A DNA stretch of 64,000 nucleotides from Paragordius varius. Its lineage: Eukaryota > Animalia > Nematomorpha. Under the pieces are notes generated by a model, which ran no database searches, had not been told where the DNA came from, and saw only the letters and a program-made list of their open reading frames with translations. The stretch is taken from positions 1-64,000 of the forward strand of contig OZ176052.1 in the NCBI GenBank assembly GCA_964247055.1. The letters are read 5' to 3'. Below are positions 54,109 through 64,000 of this stretch, piece by piece. The stretch's first letter is position 1. Each line of letters begins with the position of its first letter. A program made the position numbers and the translations under genes.

Positions 54109-57100
54109 TATTTTACAAACACAATCAATATATTACAATCTTAATTAAATTTATATAGAAAAGATTAAGGTTTGAAAAAGTATGGTTGTCTTTTAAAAAA
54201 AAAATATTTTTTTATATTTTTTTATATTTTTTTATGTTATTTTTTGTCCGTATAATTATAATTTTTACTGTAAATATTAAAAGGTCAAAGTATTTTTAAT
54301 AAATTTTTTTTGTTTGTTTAATAAAAAAGGAATATATTATCATAAATTCATAATGTAAATAATATAATAGGATTTAAATTAAATCGACATTCATATTTTG
54401 GAGTATATTCTCCGTAACATCAAAATAATAGTCAATGCAAACCCAATTTTTTCTGGTTTCGGTGAAATGAATTCTTTTTAAAAGGGCGATTTAAACTCAC
54501 TGCTTCTGGTTCCAAAGAATTTTTTGTCAAAACAAATGTATCTAATTCGGTTCATTTTTTTGATTACGGATAACGTCATTTTATTAAAAAATGGCCGAAA
54601 AATAAAAACATTCAAAATTGTTTGTTTGCTATTTTCTATAAAAATCGAATTAATTAACGTACAGGATAATGATATGGAATTTTAGAAATGAGGGAGGTAT
54701 TATAAATTAACAAAATTGAATTTTATAAAACATTTTTTGGGACCGTTTGAAGCGGCAATTTCGGTTTCAAAATGTGTTTAAAAAAAGTATGGTTTTAATT
54801 CCACAAAAACGATTACGGTTTCAAGCCTTGAGCATGTATAGATATGCTGTTTATTTTACAGGTAAAAAAACACAAAGAGAAATTTATATTTTCTTTGAAA
54901 TGCTAAATATGATTAAAAGAAGCTCTAATATACAAAATGGAAAAAGTATAAAAGTTTGCATTTACCAATCATATCTAACTCTTTCAAAAGATGTTTAAAA
55001 TCTAATTTATTATAAATACAATTTGCACATCTTAACAACCAAACACTGAAAAATCTCAGAGTAATTACATATAGGAAGATCTTGTTGTAGTTTTAAGCAT
55101 TATATTTTATAATCTTATCGATACATCAGCCATTAACTCGTAAATTATTACGAGACCAGATTGTATTTTCAGTTTAATTAACATTTCTAAACTTGTAATA
55201 ATTTCATGAAAAATTTAAATCGCATCTTTAAATTTTAGCCAGTAATTTAAAAATGTACTCAAAGATTTAAATGATATAAATTTTACATAATTCATTTGCT
55301 TGAATTTAATATACTCGTATATAAGTTTAAAGTTTTTAAATATTGACTAAAGTAATTTTGCTGGTTTTTGAGAAAAAAACTAAATCGCACATAGTAAACA
55401 AATAAAAAACATTAAATTAAACGATGATATTTTGTTTGTTATTAAAATTATTAAAAATGTGCAAGATTTGTTGCGCGGAAAATGTTCAAGGTTATATGAT
55501 ATAAAGTTTGATTGCATTGAATTGCATTGATAAGCAAAAAATAGTTTAAACTGTTTATTATTAAAAAAAGGCTAAATATTTATATTTTAAAAGAAATTTT
55601 GAATCAAGAAAAATTCTAATTCGTATGCAATCATAAAAAGTGCCTAAAAGATTTTTAAAATAAAAAAATCTTTTTGAAAATTAAAATGGCTTATAATAAA
55701 GTAATTACACTGCATCTCCACGGAATTTTATGCCGTCCCATTTATAAGCAATTCCAGGTTGCATTATAAGATTTTATAGCAAAAAATCTTTGAATCAGTA
55801 CAGGTGGTGATTAGGACAATTAAAAAATTCGCTCAGGTTGTCGGATAAAATTAAAAATTTTGTCGTTTTAGCGCATTTGATACGCTGCACAAGTAGGTAG
55901 AGAGAATATATTAAAAGTATCCGCAATCGAAATAAAAATAAAATGGAATTTATCTTTTTCCCTTATTTTTTTATATACTTATTGAAAAAAAACAGTTTAT
56001 TGATAATGAAATTTTTTATTCGGTTTTCTTCGCATAAATACAATTTATAATATTGAATCTCAAAAAAATAAATCAGACACGAAATTATCGAAAATCGAAT
56101 TTATATTTTCAAATGCATATATTTTTGTTGCGCATATCAATAAATACCACATAGTTTAATGTATAGCACAAATTTAAAGAGCCAAAATATATATTTGCAA
56201 TAGTTAATACGTTATTTTTTTTATAAAAATAATGGTTAATATTATGTCGATTGAACCATAATTAATTTTTTTTTGCTGAAATCATCTCTCTTAAAATTAT
56301 ATTCGATAATTGATTTTTATTTTTAGATAATTATTTCAAACTTTTTACATGCCTTACTTTAATATAATAATAATTAGTTTTTAGCATAAACATATAAATT
56401 ATTATAGAATTAATTATATTTTGATACGTTAATTTAGTCATAATATTAATAATAATTACAAAATCAATTATATAAGCTAAAATCATTTAAAATTCATACA
56501 TTTTTATCTACCAATAAAATATCAACTAATATTCTTTTTCAAATTATTTAATAAAGATGGGTAAAAATTTATGTTAAGATTGTGTTTCAATTTGTGACAA
56601 GTTATAACCGATCGGCGGTTACATACAATGAGAAAATAGATGGAAACGCCAGACTTTTGATTGTAATAATTAATTCATTTGGGCAAAGAGTGCCCTAAAT
56701 TTTGTGAATGCTGCTTATCATTAATCCTCCATTTGAAAGACTAAGGGAGTGTTTATAAGCCATATGGCATTTGGCTTAAATTGAGTAAGTAAATGTTTTG
56801 TTTTCAAATAAACTCATTTTTCTAAGATTATAATACTATTATCGATAAAGTCGAATCGATAAAATGGTTTGTTTCCAATTTAACATTGAAAATATTTTCT
56901 TTCATATTGTTGTTACATGAATTATTATGTGTATTACATTTTGATTAGTTTAGAATTTATGACAATAAAATTATTGTATCAAATATTGTTTTGTTTTATA
57001 TATTTTTCTGATAAAACTACACTACTCTTAAACGCGCGATTTAAGTATCTTAAAATTCTAAAACAAAAAAAAGTTGGTTTTTTACAAAATATTTATATTA

Positions 57101-57870
57101 GGATAAAATATCCTTAAAAATGTAAAAAGTTTTCCATAAATTAGAGCTCTAACTTTTTGTTTTAGCATTAGAAAAAATAGTTTTGTACCAAATGCCGGTT
57201 TCTAAAAATTTTATCAAAACTTGGATACTGATTTTATTGTTTTTTGAAAATGGTTTTGATTTCGGCCCCCATAAAAGTAATTAGGTTTAACTAATAAAAA
57301 TATCTAGAGAAAAAAACATAAATTAGCTTCACATAAATAATAAGCTTCAGAAAAATTTGTATCCAACTTTTTTGTCAATTCAAAAAATACTCGAATTCAA
57401 GTATAAATAACAATTTTAATAATAATTTAACCATTAAATTGAAAATAATGAGAGAAACTCAATTGCACAAAACTATTAATTCTTACAATTAATATTATAA
57501 ACTTGAAAATATTAGCAATCATCTTATACCATTGTGGATGAGGTATGACGAATTAATATTGGTATCGATCCCGTCTGATTATAATAAATCACAATATGTT
57601 CATCAGAGGCGCTTAAAAACACATTTTTAAATAGTCGTTAATTAGGTTTGCGATGATATTGTTCGATTTTTTAGTTGGCCCTTTTTAATAAACGGTGGCT
57701 TAAGGCTTTCGCATTAAGAAAATCCAATCAGCATTTAATGGTAAATAGTCAAATGCCTTTCTTTTTATTTGTAAAATTTAGTTGGATGCACATATAAGTG
57801 GAAAGTTTGACATTTGACTGCGACGTAATTAACAAAACATACAATAGCAAATAATTTAAGGTTTTTAATA

Positions 57871-58440
57871 TACCATTTGCACTTCAAAATGTCCTTGAAC
57901 ACTTCAAGTTGGTCCTTAAACACTTCAAGTTGGCCCTTTGACTTTTTTGATTTTAACTTTTATCAATCAAATCGTAAATTCATCTATTTTATTGTTTTTA
58001 ATCTATTTTCTATTATTTAACATAAATAAATCGATATCAACTTTTAATCTTTGAGAAACCGTGTATCTTTATTAATTTCTTAAAATAATTTTGGATATTT
58101 ATAAGATTTTAACACTTAATTAATTAATATATAAGTTTTCTGGGTTATTAATTATTTTTCATTAAAAACATTTAAAAGTCAATAATTTTGTTCAATTAAA
58201 AAAATAGTTTGAAACAAAATATGGTTTTTAAATAAATTTTTTTATTTTTAAATGAAGAAATACATAATAAATAAAGAAAATTAGGTTAATAAATAATAAA
58301 ATAAAAAAATAAATGCAAAAATTATGGTTAAATCAAAATTTATAAATTTTAAGGACCAACTTGAACTGTTCAAGGACCAAATTGAATTGTTTAAGGACCA
58401 ACTTGAAGTGTTCAAGCACACTCTTGAAGTGCAAATGGTA
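57871..58440. mobile_element. MITE with TA TSD and inverted subterminal 21-bp repeats (same architecture as 19742-20069)
   Basis: TIRs TACCATTTGCACTTCAA and TTGAAGTGCAAATGGTA, TA flanks, and the unit aacacttcaagttggtcctt(g/a) repeated at both ends in opposite orientation. Confidence 0.85.
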
Positions 58441-59497
58441 TATAGAGCTGCAATTAAAAATCTAACATTTTTTGATTAGTTTATAATAGTTTTAGCTTAT
58501 TTTTTTAATATCTGATAGCTTTCAACTTTATTAATCTGAACCTATAATTAACACTGCATACATGATATATAGAAAATGTTAACTTTAAAAATATAAAACT
58601 CTTTGAACCCATAATAAATTAAACTTTCCTATTTTTAAACTAATTTTGAAAAATCGAAAAATGATATTGTATTTTGTAAAAAAGTATTTATATTATACAA
58701 AATTGTCAAAATGCAGTTATAACAGTTTTAAGGTGGCGTCGACTCAGCATCACTGAAGCGTTTTACTGTCAATATTCATTATTAACGACAAAACGGAAGA
58801 CAAATATTTTTAAAGACATCCATACTTTTTTATATTTTTAAAGAAACCTATCTTTTTGTATATATTAAATCTAAATTTGTAACAGACACAATTTTATACT
58901 ACACACGGGCCTCAAAGTTATATATTAAAAATCAAAGTTTAGTAGAATATTTTAAAAAAGGAATTGTCTTTTAAATATAAAATTATAAACTATTGTAATC
59001 GATGTTCACCACTATAGTGGCTTAGATATTTGTAAATATTTGCGCGAACACATTGGAAACTTTTAGGATAATCATTATTAATTTTTGGATACATATTATC
59101 GAAAAAAGTTTTTGCTGCCTAAATTTTAATATTATAGCCAAATTTCAAAAATCTTAAGCAGTTTCCTCACACAGATAGATAATATTGTCAAGCGTTTTTT
59201 ACAAATTAAAAAAGAGATTATCGATTTTGGCTAAATGTAAAAAAATGGATTAACTCTTTTCTTGTTCTCAGCCCTATTTTTTTAGTAGCGACTATATAAA
59301 AAAATTTAAATTTGCCCTACCTATCAAAATACAAGCCTTTAAATGGAGAGATTTTATAGGCAAGATTATATATAGCTACATACAACATTTTTTATTAATT
59401 TTTTAACTTTAGAGCTGGATGTTGTTTTTTACTTATAAGAGAAGAATAAATTTCACTTTAAAAAAAATAATTTTAAACAATTTAAGACAAATTTGAT

Positions 59498-60990
59498 TCA
59501 AGTTTCCAATCTATTTTTAATTTAGTTAAATATTAGTCCCAGCTCATGTATTCGATAATGAAAAAGAAAAGGGGAATATGCGGGTGCGTGCATGCCACCA
59601 ACTGGTGTTCCTGCTTCAACAAAAGATTGTTTCAGATGCAAAGAGCCAGATTTAAGCAGGTTTTGCCTGCAAATTAATAATGTGAATAGAAAAAAATTAT
59701 GGAGCCCGCACGCAATAAGACTGATTGGCAAATGAGTGAGGATGTATTACAATTCACAGGAGTTCAAATATCGATGTTTGGGAAAAGCACATGGCAAGAG
59801 ATTGGGAGGCCGACTTTAGCACCTGCGCTCCAATAGTGGGTAATAATAATAAGTACCTAATGGAACGGAATGGCCAAGCAGCTGGAATGTGTGCTTACAA
59901 TGGAGGATTGGGGTAACATTCTTAACGTAGAGCGGAAAAAAGAAAATACTTTACGGGATGAGTTTTGGATGACATTAAGAGCGGCTCGAATCATAATAAT
60001 TAGTTAGCTCCAATTTTAAATCCGATATTGAGTATAAGAAACGAATTACAAGAATCATATGGGTTGTTTTTGTATTGGGGTGATGGTCTTATTATTCCTA
60101 GGGCTTTGCGGAATGAAACATTCAGGGCTTTGCGCAATGAAACATTAAAAAATTTTCATGTTGGACATTATGGGGAAAATGTAATGAAAGAGTCTGCCAG
60201 GGCTAGGGTGTATTGGCGAGGTATAAACCAAGACATTGAAAGTTATGTGAGATCTTGTATGGAGTGTCAGTTAAACCGATTTAACATAAAAGGCAATTGC
60301 ATCCTCGTCGCCATTTCCACTACCATATCCAACGTGACCGATTTATCGTCAAACATTGCATCCAGAGATTTCGTAAACAGTATAATGTCCAATCTTTCGA
60401 GCAGATACTTTTATATCTCACTACATTTGTCCATGGAGAAATTAAGTCTGGAAGTATATGATCGCGAAACTAACTTTGATGACTATATCGATTATATAAA
60501 TAGAATGTTAAAACTCAAATTGATAGAAGCCAACGATGATATAGGAGAAAATTTGTGATTGCATCGGTCTATCCAATATTACCAATCTGAAGAGATTTTT
60601 TACCGGTACAGTTAGAGGAAATGGAGTGGGATGCTTTGCTAGCAGCTGGAAAAAATAAGCGCCGATCTATATGTTTTTTTCAGCCAGATTCCAATTTACG
60701 TAATTGCTTAGGGAGGCCACGGAATCGGTGATAAAATATTTGATTCGAGTAAAGGATTTTGCTGCCAAGTGCAAGTTTGGGCAAGATGCCGAATGGTTTT
60801 GTTAGCAGGTTACAAAACTCAAAAGATTGGAGATGGATCTGCTTAAGAAATTTCCGGATGCGATGTTTGACGGTAAACCGGACACGTTAAAGATGGTGGT
60901 GGAAATATGGTAATATAAAAAAACATTGAATCAAGTTTCCAATCTATTATAATATTAATTAAATATTAGTTCCAACTTATGTATCTAATG
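59498..60990 (+). mobile_element. Rearranged Ty3/gypsy relic (gag, RT and integrase fragments) between ~62-bp direct repeats
   Basis: Integrase zinc-binding segment LIIPRALR..FHVGHYGENVMKESARARVYWRGINQDIESYVRSCMECQ, the same family as the element at 63411+. Gag-like DAMFD..TL.MVVE occurs on both strands (~60300-60440 minus, ~60820-60905 plus). The direct repeats tcaagtttccaatctatt...taatgaa lie at 59498-59560 and 60931-60990. Confidence 0.65.
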
Positions 60991-61006
60991 AATTTTTCCT
61001 TTAGAG

Positions 61007-62680
61007 CAGGGGTGTCCAACACAAATGGCTTGAAGAGCCACCTTTTCGATTTTAAAATTCCAAAGAGCCACTTTTTATTTATATATATCAAGACATTGGT
61101 AACAAATAAATTTATTATATTAACATATAGATGTGCTAATTTTCATATCAAAAAGAAAATAAACAGTACAAATATAATAATGCTTTGCCAATTAAATAAT
61201 ATCAATGTGTAAAAAAAGATAAAAATACATGGATACGGTAAACTTATTGCAATTCGATAGTATGACCAGAATAGACTGTGGTGAATTTAATCGCAAAAAT
61301 GTAACCTTATTTATTCAGACAGCGAGTTTCATGAGGTGCGTACATGAAATTATAAAATGTTAAATATTTCGCGGGATACAAGATCACAATCAAGCAAGGG
61401 ACCTGACTTAAAATTAAGTGCCTAAAAGCACATATATTAGCATCTTCAATTGATAGTCTCTACAAAAGAAATGTTACCTTCGTAAAGGGAGATGATAATT
61501 ATGCAATTTAAAATGTATTAAGTTAAATATAAGCGTGCCTTGTTTGCTAACGATTGGTGCCCATCCACGATAGAAAAAACAAGGGTAAGATGGAAACCGA
61601 TGCGATAAATTTGATCAAATATATATAATGCATTGACACAGTAAAAATCTCTGCGCACATGATTGTTGTCGAGGATAATGTCTAATAAAGTTTTTTTTTC
61701 TAAATAAAAATAAAATATATTTTCCATTACATAATTAAATTTTTAATGGGATATTTGTTTTGTAATTTTTTTGCTTAATTTATTCAGATCTATATCAATA
61801 TTTGATACAGCACATCTCAATTCATTCCCCAAGTTTTCATCAGTTAATAAAGAACAAAGAAATTTTGTGTATTTCATTTTAGAAAAAAACTTAGATAAGT
61901 GGACCCAAAAGCACAAATTAATCTTTGTGCGAAAAATTTTAAATTAGGAAATTTATTCAATTTTATGTTTGCCAAATATATAATTTTAATTCATTATTGG
62001 ATTGCAAATCTAGTAATTTCATTTGTAAATTAATAGGAGCGTTGATAGCCTCATCGTAGAATGGACAACAAAATAAATCAAATATTTTTTCTTTTTTTAT
62101 CATATCCCCGTATCGATTATTAAAAGCTTTTGATATGTTAATTTGATCTGCATATTTTGAAAAATCGTTAGTTATACCAGCTTGAAATCTATTCGATTCT
62201 GGAAAATGTTCAGCATTATTTTTTTTAAATGGCATTCAAATAACGTCAATTTTTTACAAAACGCTTTAATATGGTTATTCGAATCAACAAATAAATTATC
62301 TTGCTTTTGCAAGGATTCATTTAATTGATTTAGTTTTTCGGTAATATCTACGGAAAAACATAAATCTGACAACCAATCTTCATTCGTTAATTCCTCTACC
62401 AAATAATTATTCTGCAATAGAAAAATATTTATTTCTTTTAATAATAACAAATAAAACCTTTTTAGACATATTTCCCTCGACTAAGCCACCTTACATTAGA
62501 AAAATATAAGATCTCCATATTCTGAATGAATTTCTTTTAATAACTCCTTCAAGCGCCTATGCTTCAAAGCATGAGATTTTATAAAATTAATTGCTTTAAT
62601 AACAACGGTCACAACATTGTCCATTGTCAGAGTATGTGCGCAGAGATTTTCACGGTGAATCATGCAATGCATTATATATA
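61007..62680 (-). mobile_element. hAT (Buster/GTF2IRD2-like) element, 3' half, interrupted by an LTR retrotransposon
   Basis: TIR CAGGGGTGTCCAAC at 61007, preceded by CTTTAGAG. The frameshifted minus-strand transposase reads HCMIHRENLCA..AINFIKSHAL..VRWLSRG..WLSDLCFSVDITEKLNQLNESLQ..LQMKLLDLQ. Confidence 0.85.
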
Positions 62681-64000
62681 TGTAGTAAATCAGGAAACCG
62701 TAAAACAATAAGGTTTATTGAGATAAAATGCAAAAACTAAACTACATACAGTTTGCGATGTATATATACTTTTTGTGAATACAATATTTACATGTTAAGC
62801 CAAGGTAAAATAACTTGTGCAGGTTAAATACAAAATTGATACAATCGTTTAACTCATATATAAAAGGTCATCAAAATGTATTCAAATCTAATATATAAAT
62901 TGGTCTTGTCTAAGGTTAACTAACTTGATGTATTCTAATCTATCATATCTCCTTATCCAAATCCGAGCCGATCCGGTGCTTTTCTTTCCTTAAGAGGATA
63001 TCTCCTTTCAGGTTCTTTCTCAGTTGTTTTTTCCGTTCTTATTTCAACCTGGGTGTCTTTCTCGTTTTCTTTTTCTTTGCTTGGTTCCTCCCCCACCTCC
63101 CGATTATTGGTTGTCATCTCTTCATCTGTTTGGTTTATCGTTACATTATCCTCCTCCTCAACGCCGTTCTCGACTCCGGTCGGCCGTAATTGATCCGCAT
63201 GCTTGCGAAGTGTTCGATTTCCATCTTTAACCGTGTACGAGGGTACCCCTGTTCTCTCCAAAATTATACCTTTTCTCCACCCTGAATTGATTTCATTCTT
63301 TATGTACACTTCTTCGTCCGGTCTAAAAGTTTGATTAGGAATTATGTCGTTCTCTAATTGTTGTGCGGGTGTTTCCCTAACCCAAGAGAAGGGGGTATTA
63401 ATTGGTCTTTTCAGAATAAATTATACGGGCACTCTTTTGTGGCGCTATGTACGGCGGAGCGATAACCCCATAATACTTGGTTTATTTTTTTGTCAGGAGT
63501 CAGCTTAGAATCCGTTAACGATTTATAGTGTGCTTTTAAGGTGTAAATGACTCGTTCCACCAGCCCATTTGTTCGTGGATGATAGGGGGCGCTAGTGACG
63601 TGTTTGATGTTTGCTCGTTGCAAGGTCTCATTAAAATCTTTCGATGCAAAATATGTTGCATTATCGGTAACGATCATTCGGGGAAACCCGTACCTTACAC
63701 ACCAAATTTCCAACCAATGTGGAATGTTTGCAGAATTAACAGTTCTTAGCAATTCGACTTCAACCCATCTGGAGTTACTATCGATAGCTACTAACCAATA
63801 CAACCCATCTATAGGACCGGCAATATCAAGATGTATCCTTTCCCAGATACCCGTATTAAAATTCCATTTATACGTTGGATTACTTTTTATGTTACTCCGG
63901 TTTAACTGACACCCCATACAAGATCTCACATAATTTTCAATATCTTGGTTTATACCTGGCCAATAAACCCTAGCCTTGGCAGACTCTTTCATTACATTAG
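62681..64000 (-). mobile_element. Ty3/gypsy LTR retrotransposon, 3' end (integrase and 3' LTR); continues beyond the window
   Basis: Candidate LTR 62681-62945 is bounded by TG...CA, and a short purine tract (ggataaggaga on minus) precedes it. The integrase lies upstream. Confidence 0.8.
62953..64000 (-). pseudogene. Gypsy integrase (rve) with one frameshift near 63411
   Basis: RVYWPGINQDIE..C..CQ, WERIHLDIAGP, IVTDNATYF, SAPYHPRTNGLVER and YRSAVHSATKECP are present. The C-terminus continues in ORF 62953..63309 (WRKGII...RKHADQL...RYPLKERKAPDRL). Confidence 0.9.

Noticed and set aside
54500-54580. Candidate first exon (ATG...a|GTGAGT) of the large minus-strand gene
   Set aside because: It ends in phase 1, whereas the 52557 acceptor needs phase 2.
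1-64000. CRISPR arrays, rRNA genes or prokaryotic systems
   Set aside because: The sequence is eukaryotic. The 9- and 21-bp repeats have no spacers and lie inside transposon ends, and no rRNA was recognised.

Overview
Left end of a chromosome from a very AT-rich animal genome. The TTAGGG repeat and the metazoan Ig/IGFBP genes point to an invertebrate outside the typical TTAGG arthropods and TTAGGC nematodes (inference). Bases 1-6038 are (CCCTAA)n telomere, joined abruptly to the middle of a decayed hAT transposase. About 6-26 kb and 52.9-64 kb are dense with transposons: nested Chapaev3-like (CMC) elements with TWA TSDs and long TIRs, several hAT elements (three with verifiable 8-bp TSDs), foldback elements, TA-TSD MITEs, an RTE-LINE fragment and Ty3/gypsy relics. 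Three spliced host genes could be rebuilt by hand with consistent intron phases: a small IGFBP-domain protein (17.9-18.4 kb, +), a 1048-aa Kirre/nephrin-like Ig-superfamily membrane protein (32.5-38.8 kb, +), and a >=2043-aa low-complexity protein with His-rich WH2-like repeats and two candidate terminal exons (40.6-52.6 kb, -). The most notable observations are apparent de novo telomere addition inside a transposase, 23- and 26-nt GT-AG introns in a transposase, the His-WH2-like repeat protein, and a near full-length CCA-bearing tRNA-Gln copy at a primer-binding-site-like position. Everything was read by eye. Family names come from recalled motifs and need database confirmation, and coordinates may be off by a few bases.
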